From positions 55,738,001 through 55,802,000 of the forward strand of contig OX597815.1 in assembly GCA_951406725.2 (NCBI GenBank): DNA of 64,000 nt, in the 5' to 3' direction. The stretch's first letter is position 1, and every line of letters begins with the position of its first letter. The notes under the pieces were generated by a model. It ran no database searches. It saw nothing but the letters and a program-made list of their open reading frames with translations, and was not told the origin of the DNA. This DNA comes from Octopus vulgaris. Lineage: Eukaryota. The position numbers and the translations under genes were made by a program. This document shows, piece after piece, positions 1-13,272 of this stretch.

Positions 1-620
1 TTTTTCGGAGAGATAATCCAACAAAAGTCCATTTATTCTGTCTTCCCACATAGCCTACACCTAAACTAACAGCGAATGCAGCATAAAGCTAAATTGGTAT
101 GGAGATTTCTGAAAGATACGTATAGCTTTCGCTAGTGGAAGCAAAACTCTTATTCAAAGGTTGATTCTTTGGGGCGAATCATATGTGATTGTTTAAAAAG
201 GGCTAGAACGACAATGCTAAACCGTATTTTAAACAATGGAAAACAGTCGAAATATCATAATGGATGGGTAAATAAGCATCCTTAAACTGAAACAACGGCG
301 TGAAAGGTAAACAAAGATGTCAATAAATATAAGTGAGAGAAGGGAACATCATCTTTCAAGTAACTCAGAATAGGTAAAGGCAGGCATGCCAAAGTTTAAT
401 GCAGCTTAAATATGTAGATTAAGATAGTTTGGTATTGGATATTCATCGCATACAGCATAGCTTCCCAAATGTGGGCTATCGCCCAGCGGTGTGCGATTTC
501 AACTTACAGGTGGGCGATGGGTAAATTTCTCGAAAATGACGGGCGATTTGAGATTTTGGTGTACGATATGAACCTTTTGTGGGTGACAATGAATTTTTAG
601 AAATCAAGTATGCATTTACT

Positions 621-1162
621 GGTATCTAGGTATGCCTAGAATAAGAATGCACTTTTATCGATTTGACTACTCGCATGAGACGTCCCTTTATATTAAAAAA
701 ATGGACTTCTTTATCGATCGAATATTTTTGTCGCAGTCATTGGTTGTCATGCGTGCTAAAAATAGCAGCCAAATAGGCCTAGGCCTTAAATCACACTCCA
801 CTACAAATTTTATTTTTTGCATAATCATATGAAGTCCCGCATATAGAATTCAAATTCCGAAATATAAAAAAAGGTTATGAGGGGTTATATGTCGTACGTA
901 ATTCTGTGGTTTCATATCAAAACACAAGTGCTATTTTCAGGATGTTGCAGTCACGAACAGAATGACAGCTTTGACATCGTGTTTCTTGACTGGATGAAAA
1001 TGATCAAACTTCAAATTGCTATAACTTTTTAAAAACATCTTTTCTGGAAAAAGTTGAATAGCTCCAGTAATTTAGGTCAGTAAGATACATTAATGTACCA
1101 AATTCTAAAATTTTCAATAAACTTTAATTTTTGAAATGCTGGCAGCCAAACGAACTAGATCC
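621..1162. mobile_element. Non-autonomous DNA element with GG(T)ATCT...AGATCC termini nested in the hAT
   Basis: Ends ggtatctag / ctagatcc; flanks gcatttact / gtatttgct (7/9 match); right end tggcagccaaacgaa..agatcc shared with the copy ending at 24975. Confidence 0.55.
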
Positions 1163-1329
1163 GTATTTGCTCCTGTAAAGACGTGTTACCTGACTCTGCT
1201 CTGTTGACTTCTCTTTGGGAATACCATACTGCCTTTCTGACGCCGTCTGTAGAAATTCGTTTTCACATTTTCACTTTACTGATGCTTCCAGTCCAGAAAA
1301 TTTGTTTGAATTTATTCCCTCTCCTCAAA

Positions 1330-2891
1330 ATTGTTAGTTACCAATGTGCCTTCTTTGCCATCAAACATTGACCAACGAAGTAATGAAACCTTCATGCTTG
1401 AAGTATCACTTTGATGCAAAACATTCTGACAAGAAAGACAAGCCGTTATCATACTTTTTGCAACTGAGCTCCTCTTTCAAAAAGCAAATACAAACATTCA
1501 ACACGCTACTCTAGGAAACTAGTAAACAGGAGAATGACGGGTTGATTGCATCGTACAACATTGCTTGCTTGTTGCTAAGTGTGGGAAGTCTCCCACAATT
1601 GGAGAAACATCATTTTGCCCAGTTATCGAAGAGGTTTTATCATCCGTTATGCACGAAAAACTCGATAACATTATGAAGAAGATCCCACTTAGTAATAACG
1701 CAATTTCTCGACGCATCGATGAAATGGCCAATGATGTCAAACATCAGCTCATTAATATTCTCCAGCGTTCTGAATTTTCTATACAAATGGATGAGTCAAC
1801 TGTTGTAGACAACCAATGTTTGATGATGGTATATGTTCGGTATTTCAGCGAAGACCTTCAACCTTGAAAGGAAATGCTGTTCACTGAGAAATTTCCGCTT
1901 GATTCAAAAGGTGCAACTATTCACATTCTCAAGTCTTTCCCTTTTGAACGTAATACCCCACTCAGTAATATTCTTGCCTGTGTGTCTAATGGAGCCCCTT
2001 CGATGATAGGAAGATACAGAGGTTTTTTTATCCCTCCTAAAGCATGAAATTCCACACCAGATACTAACTGTTCATTCTTTGGTACACTGGCAGCAGATTG
2101 AATGATGCACTACAGTTAGTTATCAAGACTGTGAAAAAATTGAAGTCCAGTCCCTTGTGTGATCGAATTTTCCATCAACTCTGTCTGAGAAATGACGAGG
2201 ACCATACTAAACTCTTATACCATACCAAAGTGTGGTGGCTGTCAAAAGGAAACTGTGTTTTACGCTTTGTCGAACTGTTCTACATAATATCTTTTTCTTT
2301 GAAGATACTCCACTATCCCCTTCATTGATGTCTACAAGGTGCGATTTCTTTTTTTCTTTGTGATATATTCACATGATCTGGATAAGTTATTACAAGGAAA
2401 CAGAAAAACTCTCGTTAATTGTAAATCAGTTATCACTACCTCCATTTCGAAATTGGCGTTGTTTAAGACTAACATTTCAAGTTCCATCAAGTTCCACAAC
2501 TTTATTCTTTGAAAGATTCCAAATTGGTATAGCAATCCATTTGAGGTCCAGTGCAGTTGTTTGCGAGGATGATATTCAGGAGGAATTGACAGAATTACAA
2601 AATGACAATGACGCCACAATGCGATATCGCCATAATGACAAAGGTTTGTGGTACCACCAGAGTACACTGAATTCATACCCCAATTTGTGGAAACATCTGA
2701 AATTACTTTTGCTTGCCTTCATTACCTCATACCTGGTTGAATCTGGTTTTAACCATGTTGGAATTTTATTTTCCCATAATAGAATTGGATTGGATGTGAT
2801 ACAGCGAGGAGACTTGCGGCTAAAGTTGACAAGTTTGAAACCGGATGTATCTGCACTGGCTGCATCGCACTAGACACATGGTTCTCATTAA
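1330..2891 (+). pseudogene. hAT transposase pseudogene (frameshifts and stops)
   Basis: BED-like finger PMCLLCHQTLTNEVMKPS..KH, then KIPLSNNAISRRIDEM, FSIQMDEST..LMVYVRY, LLYHTKVWWLSKG, and dimerization-domain motif AFITSYLVESGF..RGDLRLKLT, spread over ORFs 1565-1867, 2098-2328 and 2373-2873. Confidence 0.9.
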
Positions 2892-5107
2892 AAGGTTTTA
2901 TTCTTTTCCTTTATAATACAATCATTATTTTTGCATCGGTAGTTCTGACCAATGGTTCATTTGAGGAAAATGAAAATCAGTGTAATATAAAGCGCAAGTT
3001 TCCAGAAGTTAATCTGTCTGCATAATATAAAGTTAACGTTAGAATTTTATTCACGCTAAACTAAACCCACAATAAGGGATTTGTAAACAACTGCATATTT
3101 AGTCCAAATGGCACTAACATGGCAATGAGTCTACAATATAGTGTGTGTATCAAATGATACAGGGGTGGGGTCCTAAGGGATTTTGTATTGGGTGGGGTTG
3201 TGTCGGTTTTTTTTTTTTACACAGGTGGGCAATGAGCATTTTTTTGCCGACAGGTGGACGATATTGCAATTTGGTGCGAAAAGTTTGGGAAACACTGACG
3301 TACAATCCTCATCGCTTTTCAGCAGGGATTGACATACTACACGAAGCATAAAACATCAATCATCAGCTTTTGCAGAGTAGAGAACACCACTGCCAATTCT
3401 TTAATTGGGCCCCGCACTCCTTAGCGTCGGCCCTGGTGGGGAAGAGCATGAACAATCTCTAAAATATGGAACCATGAATTTAACTAAAAGAAATCATTCT
3501 CACATAAAAAATGCTTGAATTGTTTCCATAATTAGTAATATTTATTTTATGGCACGTGATTAGAGGAATCAATATATTGAGTACTAGTAATATACGGAGA
3601 TCCATTAATAGTTTTTAGTACCTTTTTCAAGTTTGCCGACACCAGAACTATTAGTTTGAGAAATGAAATGTAATATTTTATTGCGTCTGGGAAGAGTCAT
3701 TATCTTTTAGTGCACCCACCGGTTTGATTTCCACTTATTTACTTATTTATTTTTCTAAAGTTTTTGTTGCGTCTTGCAATCTCTTTAATAGTCGTTGATG
3801 CTTCAATACACCAATTCACATGCCGAATCTTGCAAACCAAATACAAAAACGAAATGAAATATAATAGTTGTAATTCTAATAAGGACAATTTTTCGTCGTT
3901 ATTGACATGTAGTCTAATGCGAAAGAATACTTGCAAATACAGACAGGAAGCATCCTTGGTTTCAGTAGATTTAGATAAGGGATGTTTAGTGAGTTACATT
4001 AAAAATTATACGGAGCTATTCTTGGGGAACAATAGAAAAACCATCTGCTTCGTATATAAAACCTAAAAGGAGGTGAACATCTGTTTATATATATACGTTG
4101 CACTTTCAACTGTATAAGACTCATGGATACACACACACACACACTCACATACACACACACAAACAAACACACGCACACACACACACACGCTCGCACACAC
4201 TCTCGCTCCTCTCCATTCTCTTACACACACGCACACTCTCTCTCACCCTCTCTCATTCTCTTACACTCACTCACTCACTCAAATGTACACATATAAACTG
4301 CGTGTATGTGTGACTGCGTATACGCGCGCGTAAATATACAAACACACGCTTTTCTTAACCGACCTGTTAACGGAAAAAGCTAAAAGCTTTTATACACCTT
4401 GGCATATAAGCCATATATAAAGGAAAACATCTAATTTCATGAACACATATGCACGCGCATACACATACACATCCTCCTTCTAACTCCCGCCTTATCTCTA
4501 CAATACACATGCTAACAAATATATATCCTCGCACACATCGGTGCACATGCATACGCGCGGACGCACGCAAACGCTTACGAGAACATGCGCACACAAACAA
4601 GCACACACACACACATTGTAATGTTCACGAGACCTTATTTCAGCTTATCTAATGTGCACTAACGCAACCTGACCTAAATATTGTAAAAATTGGTCAATTT
4701 TCTAGGTCATCTCCAATTCATCTGATTTGTTTATATATGACTGTAAAAATAGGTAGCTGCAAATACGCTACAGAGCTGATTCTTATTTTTCCTACTTTCT
4801 AGCGAAACGAACATAAATATAGACATTATTAGTTCAACTATACTCATTCTCCACCTACCAAGGAAGCATTTCGGAACATTGCAGTATCAAGTTACGGTTC
4901 TTTTCGTACTGAGTTCTAATCCCACAGACGTCGATTTTATCTTTCAGTCTTCCGATGGTAATGGTTGGTGAAAATCCACATTTCTGTTCAGCGACATTTA
5001 TAGTCTTATGCATATATAAGAAATCAGTATCAAGTACTTTCTTACTGAAGAAGTGTCTCCCACTGTAGATTGTAAATACATGCCAGGAAAGGGGAAAAGT
5101 GACAATA

Positions 5108-5288
5108 AGTATATTTGCCACTTAAATGTGGCTAACCCCTAAGGGTGGATGCTACAGTAGCTTGCATCCCCAGGAGGACACCTCCCCGAGCTGGCTATTG
5201 ACACACTTTCTGTGCCCTATCAGTATTTGCAAGCTACAGTAGCATCCACCTTTAGGGATTAGCCACATTTAAGTGGCAAATATACTTC
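5108..5288. repeat. Local inverted repeat, ~60-bp arms, ~60-bp spacer
   Basis: aagtatatttgccacttaaatgtggctaa...tagcttgca (5108-5166) is the reverse complement of 5229-5288 with few mismatches. Confidence 0.9.
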
Positions 5289-5449
5289 ACGATGTGTTGC
5301 AGCTGCTGTTTATATCTCGCTGAGAGATTTATTATGGCAATATATTGTTATTTGTAAAAGATTTCTTTAAATTTTTTTAAAATAATGTTTCCATAATGAT
5401 AAATCATTTTTTTATAACATGCTTGTTTTCACTGAGCACTAAATAATGA

Positions 5450-5640
5450 TTTCAAATTTTAGCACAAGGTCAACAGTTTCGGGACAGAGGGTGGTTGATT
5501 ACATCGCCCCCAGTCTTATCTGGTACTTATTTCATCAACCCAGAAAGGATGAAAGGCAAAGTCAATCTCGGCGTAATTTAAACCCCAAACGGGTGAAATG
5601 CCGCAAAGCATTTTGCCCGGCGTGCTAACGATTCTGCCAG
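5450..5640 (-). mobile_element. tRNA-derived SINE, family B (ggcggcgagctggcagaa head), degenerate
   Basis: gaaaggatgaaaggcaaagtc..ctcggcg..gcattttgcccggcgtgctaacgattctgccag is the reverse complement of the copies at 36090 and 60523. Confidence 0.8.
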
Positions 5641-5809
5641 TAGAGACATGAGTATATGAAAAATATACAGTTTATATTTTTCCTAAAAGTAATAGTCATT
5701 TAGTTGAGAATAAACTGACTCCAACAAAAAATTGAAGCCCTATTGACAGAATTAGCGTGTTGGAATCAGACATTTGGTTTCAACACACCCGACATTTTTA
5801 ATATATATA

Positions 5810-6595
5810 TATACATATACTTACATGTAAGAGACCAAGGTGTACGTACGCCGCTATATATATATATATATATAATACCAAATGGGACAAGAAGGCAAAA
5901 CATCCAAACAGTTAAGTGATACAAAAAAAGGGACAACAAAACATCCAGACAGACGACACAAAGAAAGCAAGGACGGGTCATTCGCAGTTTTCTTTCCTCT
6001 GTTGAGTTACAGATTATCTTTGCAATTTCGGCTGGTTATACTTGAGATTGCCCCAATGAAAATCTAAGCTAAGAGCATTAGATTCCTTGGGGGAAAGCAG
6101 CGAATGTATGCAAAAACAAGGACGGAAAAAAACGGAGAATGTTACACAAATACAAATAACAAGACATGACAACAGATGTGTTTCAACTAAGGATGAATTA
6201 AAGTAAGCTGGCGTGTGTGGAAATAAAGCCTTACGGAAGGGATACAAGATTTCACAGGCACAGGGAAGAATATAGATCTTGCACGGACGATGGCCGAACC
6301 AAGAAAGGAAGATCAGGCTTGGCCGAACACCGGTCACGTGGGGAGAGAAGAGAAAGTGGTAGAGACAGAGGGACAGACGAATTAAAGAAGGGCCGAGAAA
6401 AAAAAAACAGTGAAGTGAAAAGAGGAGGGAAAGTGAGCAAGAAGAGAAGGCAGGGAAATGTGAGAGAGGGGGAATGAAAGAACGAAGTGTGGAATGAACG
6501 AATAAGCGTGAAAGGGCTGATAGAAAGAATAGAGTCGTACAAGATTTAGATAAATATATACTTACATATAAGAGACCAAAGTGTACGTACGCCGC

Positions 6596-6628
<33 letters not shown>

Positions 6629-7545
6629 ATACAAAATGGGACAAGACGGCAAAGCATCTAGACAGTTAGGTGATACAAAAAAGGGACAACAAAACATCCA
6701 GATAGACGATGCAAAGAAAACAAGGACGGGTCATTCGGAGTTTTCTTTCCTCAGTCGAGTTCCTGATTATCTTTGCAATTTCGGCTAGTTATACTCGAGA
6801 TTGCTCCAATCTGGTCAGCCCCAAGGGAAAACTAAGCTAAGAGCAGCGTATGTACACTTTGGTCTCTATATTTATCTAAATCTTGCACGACTCTATTCTT
6901 TCTATCAGCCCTTTCACGCTTATTCGTTCATTCCATTCTTCGTTCTTTCGTTCTCCCTCTCTCACATTTCCATGCCTTCTCTTCTTGCTCATTTTCCCTC
7001 CTCTTTTCTCTTCACTGTGTCCCTGTCATTTTTTTCTTGCCTCTCCTTATTTCTTCTGTCCCTCTGCCTCCACCTCTCTCCCTTCTCTACCTACGTGACC
7101 GGTGTTCGGCTAAGCCTGATCTTTCTTCCTTGGTTTAGCCGTCGTCCGTGCAAGATCTATATTCTTCCCTGTGCCGGTGAAATCTTGTATCCTTGCCGTA
7201 AGGCTTTATTTCCACACACGCCAGCTTAATTTAATTCGTCCTTAGTCGAAGTATTTGTGTAACATTCTCCGTCTTTTTCCCCTCCTTGTTTTCGTACACA
7301 TTCACTGCTTTCTTCCAAGGAATCTAATGCTCTTAGCTTAGTTTTTCCTTGGGGCTGGCCAGATTGGAGCAATCTCGAGTATAATCAGCCGAAATTGCAA
7401 AGATAATCTGGAACTCGACTGAGGAAAGAAAACTCCGAATGACTCGTCATTGTTTTCTTTGTATCGCCTACATGGATGTTTTGTTGTCCCTTTTTTGTAT
7501 CACCTAACTGTCTAGATATTTTGCCTTCTTGTCCCATTTTGTATA
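5810..7545. mobile_element. Cluster of a ~700-bp non-coding repeat unit in direct, partial and inverted copies within (TA)n; Penelope pseudo-LTR-like arrangement
   Basis: Unit 5877-6595 and its reverse complement 6847-7545; partial copy 6630-6845; terminal fragment 5820-5854; bounded by TA/TG tracts. The terminus aaatgggacaagaa..caaaacatcc recurs near 55740. Confidence 0.75.
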
Positions 7546-7562
7546 ATATATATATATATATA

Positions 7563-7951
7563 TTCTTTTACTTGTTGCAGTCATTTGACTGCAGCCATGC
7601 TGGAGCACCGCCTTTAGCCGAGCAAATCGACCCCGGTACTTATTCTTTGTAAGCCCAGTACTTATTCTATCGGTCTCTTCTGCCGAACCACTAAGTGACG
7701 GGGACGTAAACACACCAGCATCGGTTGTCAAGCAATGCTAGGGGGACAAACACAGACACACAAACACATACACACATATATACATATATACGACAGGCTT
7801 CTTTCAGTTTCCGTCTACCAAATCCACTCACAAGGCGTTGGTCGGCCCGGGGCTATAGCAGAAGACACTTGCCCAAGATGCCACGCAGTGGGACTGAACC
7901 CAGAACCATGTGGCTGGTTAGCAAGCTACTTACCACACAGCAACTCCTGCG

Positions 7952-7953
<2 letters not shown>
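7563..7953 (-). mobile_element. tRNA-derived SINE, family A (ggcgcaggagtggctgtgtggtaag head), full length
   Basis: A/B-box-like head on minus strand (ggttcagtccc), internal CA/TA tract, 3' tail ggcggtgctccagcatggc..gcagtcaaatgactg; near-identical to 27640-28031 and 59836-60200. Confidence 0.9.
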
Positions 7954-8000
<47 letters not shown>

Positions 8001-8330
8001 CGATTCAGAGTAAAACCTGGTTTCTCCACCCAAATTGAGAGATGCTACATAAGTGTAATTAAAAAAATTCGCCAGGATTCAAATTTTTGATGAGGCACTC
8101 CTTTATTATATTGTGGTTTTCTTGGAGGTAGTGGGTGGCAAACTCAAGGAACGCAATGCCACTGAGCTGATGCGAGAATTTTGCTGCATTAAAAATATTC
8201 TCTGCATTGTATTGACTTATTAGACACACAAATTTTAATATATTATAGTCACAAACAAGTAGTTGTACTCCTCTCTGAAGCGTGTGGTGTCTATGGTCAA
8301 TGTCTGAATTGACCATAGAAAAAATTAGAA

Positions 8331-9013
8331 AAACAGGTGTCGCAGGAGCGATGCATACCCTGCGCACAGATAATATTTTTTCGCAAATTATAGTGTGTCT
8401 TACAATAGGTTGCTTACCCATGCTTTTTAATTGAATTGAATTAATTTTTTTTAGCATAACCATTATACTCCGGTGAAATTAAGAAATCAAGTCGTAAATA
8501 AACAAACCGTTGAAGCCATCACTGTACGCACGCGCACACAGTCGCATATGTATGTATGTATGTATGTATGTACGTACGTACGTATGTATGTATGTATGTA
8601 TGTATGTATGTATGTATGTATGTATGTATGTATGTACGTACGTACGTACGTACGTACGTATGTATGTATGTATGTATGTATGTATGTATGTATGTATGTA
8701 TGTATGTATGTATGTATGCACACGTGCTTACGCTCATAAGTACGCCATGATCTACACACACGCAGACGAGGGTCGTTTCATATGAAAATGAAAGTGAACA
8801 AAATAATATGACCATTTGCTTATCGGAAAATTTGTAAGTTCGATTTTTTTTTCTGAAATCACTAAACCAAATGGTTATCATCTCGATAAGTATTTCTGCC
8901 AAATGTGGTGAAAATCCGTTCAGCCGTTTTGCAGTAATTTTGCAGACATACAGACAAACAGACGAAGACGAGTGATTACAATAGCCTGCTTTCGCTTATG
9001 CGCACAGGGTAAA
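8331..9013 (+). mobile_element. Helentron/HINE (DINE-1-like) non-autonomous element containing a (TATG)n array
   Basis: Subterminal taccctgcgcac (8356) vs terminal gcgcacagggta (9000-9011); 3' hairpin cctg..cgcttatgcg..cagg followed by an A-run; cagacatacagacaaacagacg motif; microsatellite 8547-8718. Confidence 0.5.
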
Positions 9014-10205
9014 AATAATAATAATAAAAGTTAATAGATCAGAGTTGATTAAATAGCAATCATTAAGCAATCATTAAGAAAATGATGATGTGCATGAAGA
9101 GACTCAAGATGAAGACCATGCAGTCAATTGGTTATAAAATAAATCAGTTTTAACTTACAATCTGATTAGAACCTTTCATTGACTAATTATTTTATTTTAT
9201 AAAAGATACGTCTTTCAGCATAAGCACCTAATATTCTCTTTGTATAGTAGCTACTAGTGTTCCTCATATATAATTAAATAACAACATCTAAACAACAGCA
9301 ACATAGAATCGTGGCTCTAAACAAACATTAAAGGTAGCACTTCCCAAATCTCCCGTCTTTCTTCTTGCTAGTAACACGAAAGAAAGCCCAATTATATACT
9401 CATATCGCACACACAAGCACACAACGCACATGCAACATAAACATACACACACAAGCACACAACGCACATGCAACATAAACATACACACACATACACACGC
9501 TGTAGACAATTACCTTATCCACAACGCGCTTGGTTGTCAATAAATAAGCTGAAACGACACAAAAGCATGTTAAGATCATACATAGATGTCAGTCTAGAAA
9601 ACGCGAAGTAAAACTTGTGTGTGCATATATTAGATTCATCATGGATTATGTCACAGACTATTAGAAATCACAAAGAACACAAGATGGCTCACTTCGAATC
9701 TTCACGAAAAGGATCTTGATTAATGAGGAGAATAGTTTGGTGCTGCAATAAACTCGTCCAATTTTTGTCACTACAAATTCAATTGCTTTAAGAGAAATTG
9801 AGATATATATACAACACACTAAAATATATTCATATCACCAGTTCCCTCTCTATATTTCTCTCTCTTCCTCTTTTATTCTCTCTCCTCTCCCTCTCTCAAT
9901 CAAAAATCTCATATATGCTACCATCAAAATCATAAAAATCTCAGTCGAAAAATACTACGAGAGAAGCACGAGGACAAAAATTAAGTGTAGCGTAGCAGTG
10001 AACAAACTGTTGGATAGAATCATCCCACACAGCAGAAATACAATAAGAATAAACATAGCAATCAACAATATAATTTTGAATACTTTTGTATGTACTGCAT
10101 TACCATGGAATTTACGTAAGCACAGAGATTATGAATGTTTTCAATTTTTCTGAAAAAAAAATTCTGCTTGTATTTACCGAATACCAACGCCTTCTCTGCT
10201 TCTGT

Positions 10206-10236
<31 letters not shown>

Positions 10237-10681
10237 GGAGAATTTTGCCTGATCGACATACAGTACTTACGACGAGAGCGATATGTTCACAACATAACTG
10301 AGAACAGATTTGAGAGTTTGCACAACTTATGGAAGGGTGTATTGGAAAACATGCACCTTGGTACTCATGCGTATAAAATATTTCTAGGATACGGTTCCTA
10401 CATACCACGTTCTCCAAAAATTCACAAAGATACCAGTGATCTAAAGTTTTATCGCAATGAAATTTTTTCTTGCGCAATCTCTTCTTTTAAATAGTCATCT
10501 TATTTTATTTTTGCTATTTAGTTACCATTGGAAATTCAAAACACATGTTGAAAGCGTTGTGGTATTTTAAGAAATTAGAAAATAAAAAAAGTACGAATCG
10601 TTTTAAGGCCCAGAAGCATTTCAATACCCAAACCAATTTTCTTTTATCCTTACTTGCATAGAACTTAACCTTTTTCCCATA

Positions 10682-12139
10682 CGAGGGGGTACTCAAAAGA
10701 AACCGGAATTCTGCAATATAATTTTATTCACTTAGTTTTTATTTATTTATACTTTTATTGTATTCAAAGTATTCTCCATTTGAAGCGATACATCGGTCCA
10801 GACACGTTTTCTAGTGTTCGAGGCAGTCCTAGAACTCTTGCGAAGTGATACCTTTTAAGGCCTCCGTCGTTTTACCTTCACCTCTTCCATATCTGCAAAA
10901 CGATTTCCTTTAAGGATTTTTTCATTCGGGGAACAAAAAACAAATCACAGGGAGCAAGATCTGGTGAATAGGGTATGTGAAGAGGGTGGGTAATCGGAGT
11001 CATGCCATCTTTGGTCAAAAACTGTCTCACACTCAAAGCGATGTGCACAGACGCATTGTCGTGATGAAATCACCACTCTCTACTTTGCCACAGGTCGTGG
11101 TGTTTTCGTCTCATTGCGTCTGGCAAACGCTTCAGAACTGCAAAGTAAAATGTCTGGATAACACTTTGACCAAGAGGAACAAATTCTGTGTAGATATATC
11201 CTTTCGCACCGAGGAAATAAATCAGCATCGTCTTGACACTGGACTTCACTTGATGCGCTTTTTGGAGAGTGTTCTGACATCGAATGCTTCCGTTGACTTC
11301 ATTGCAGCGTTGTTTCCGGTTCGTAACCGAAGCAACAGTTTCCGTCACCAGTGATGACCTTCGAAAAAAGGTCCAGATCAACTTCGAACTGTTCTTTCAA
11401 TTCATGACACGCATTCAGTCGTGATTGCTTTTGATCTTCTGTGAGCAAGTGAAGCACAAATTTTGCTGCAACTCTTTTCATTCGAAATTCTTAACTCAAA
11501 ATTTGTTGACAGGAGCTCCAGGACACACCAGTCATGTCAGCAAGTTCGCCAATTGTTCAGCGACGGTCCTCCAACACCACTTCACGAAATTTCATGATGT
11601 TTCCATTTGTTCGTGAAGTCGACAGTCATCCCGAACGAGGTTGGTCTTCAAGCGACAAGGAAACATTCTTAATGTGTGAAAACTATTCGCAAACTTGTGT
11701 TTTGCTCATGGCAGCATCCTTGTAAGCTGTTTGAAGCATGAAACTGTTTCAGCCGCCGTTTTCCCCGGCAGAAAACAGAATTTCACGGAAGCACGCTGTT
11801 CCTTCGTTACAGCCATCGCAAAAATCGACGAACAGGGGAGATGTACTGCAAAACAAAGACGCACCACACGGCAGTACTGCATAATAGAACGACGCCGGTC
11901 GGTAGACTGACGTCCGAGGGTCGCATCAAGTGGCTTCCACAACGAGCTTGTCCCACAGAAAACGTTGCCGGTTACTTTTGCATACATACATACATACATA
12001 CATACATACATACATACATACATACATACATACATACATACATACGTACGTACATACATACATACATACATACATACATACATACATACATACATACATA
12101 CATACATACATACATACATGGTGGTGGCTGAACCCTCGT
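10682..12139 (-). mobile_element. Mariner transposon, decayed, one TIR split by (CATA)n
   Basis: ta|cgagggggtactcaaaagaaaccgg TIR; transposase pieces QRASVKFCFLPGKTAAET, KRVAAKFVLHLLTEDQK, VITGD..GYEPET, YSPDLAPCD; other TIR ccggttacttttg[(CATA)n]..ccctcg. Confidence 0.9.
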
Positions 12140-12199
12140 TATCGAGTGTGGCCATTGCACGAAGCTTAATCAATGTTGTTATCTTGCCTGTGCAAGATT

Positions 12200-12546
12200 T
12201 TTTTTAAAGTGAGGAAAGGCTGTGCACTGAGTCAATCCCACTCACTAAGCAACAGCACCTATAATCCGAAAAGAAGAACAAGTCAACATCATCGGTAACC
12301 ACTGAGCCGCAGGTTTTATGTCGGAGTTATCCCAGTTACCTGAGTTACCTTCTCCTAGAAGGATGCCCTAACAAAGGCTAGGAGTCCTTCACTCCCAATG
12401 GTTTAACCGTGCGATCGGGTATTCAGTCCAATTATTTCTATGTCCCCGCGCATGATACAGCCTTAAGACATTTATTGGATGGCCTTTGACTCTCAAGAGT
12501 TTCTCCGCCCTTTGATGGGTTTTGTTTTTCATCCCGCAGGGTGTCC
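12200..12546 (-). repeat. Unclassified interspersed repeat, possibly an RTE-type LINE 5' UTR
   Basis: gttaccttctcctagaaggatgccctaacaaaggctaggag resembles RTE 5' UTR-derived repeats (recalled similarity only). Confidence 0.3.
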
Positions 12547-12616
12547 AATAAGCATATGCATACATACATGCATACATACATACATACATACATACATACA
12601 TACATACATACATACA

Positions 12617-12648
<32 letters not shown>

Positions 12649-12819
12649 CGCGCGCACACATTCACACACAATGGAATCTCCCGTCGAAGATGACGTATGA
12701 GTGTTCAATTTTTGTCGGACGACCTGCATGAATGATTTGTTTATTATGATCGAATATATGTATTAAATCATTCTATCAAATCGAACCAAGTGTGCCGCAC
12801 GTCAGATACCGAAATGATC

Positions 12820-12910
12820 GCTGAGCAACGTGAAATGAAGTGTTTTGCTCAAGAACACAACGTGCCGACTAGTCCGGGAATCGAACTCACTGAGTGCAAC
12901 ACCCTAACCA
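12820..12910 (-). mobile_element. SINE family C head fragment
   Basis: agcaacgtgaaatgaagtgttttgctcaagaacacaac..gtccgggaatcgaac is reverse-complementary to 37330-37392. Confidence 0.65.
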
Positions 12911-12967
12911 CAAGCCATATATATGTAGTAGTGCAATGTGGTAATACAAAATAAGAAGACTTTTGAT

Positions 12968-13179
12968 TACTCTTTTACTCTTTTACTTGCTTCAGTCATT
13001 TGACTGTGGCCATGCTGGAGCACCGCCTTTAGTCGAGCAAATCGACCCCAGGACTTATTCTTTGTAAGCCAAGTACTTATTCTATCGGTCTCTTTCACCG
13101 AACCGCTAAGTTACGGAGACGTAAACACACCAGCATCGGTTGTCAAGCGATGCTGGGGGAACAAATACAGACACACAAA

Positions 13180-13272
<93 letters not shown>

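Larger units (their letters stand above)
456..3297 (+). mobile_element. hAT DNA transposon (Charlie/Buster, ZBED5/SCAND3-like), degenerate
   Basis: Imperfect TIRs catagcttcccaaat (456) / gtttgggaaacactg (ends 3297); degenerate 8-bp flanks gcatacag / acgtacaa (differences are all transitions); internal transposase remnants. Confidence 0.85.

Noticed and set aside
7100-7200. accggt/gccggt-GAAA as a hammerhead stem II
   Set aside because: No CUGANGA core, and the pairing is not conserved in the inverted copy.
6014-7229. 227-aa and 142-aa hydrophobic ORFs that resemble each other
   Set aside because: Pyrimidine-rich strand of the same non-coding repeat unit; the frame is not conserved between copies.
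8473-8902. ORFs of repeating MYVC/HTYI (also near 11.9k, 12.5k, 42.9k, 55.8k)
   Set aside because: Translations of (TATG)n/(CA)n/(TA)n microsatellites, not proteins.
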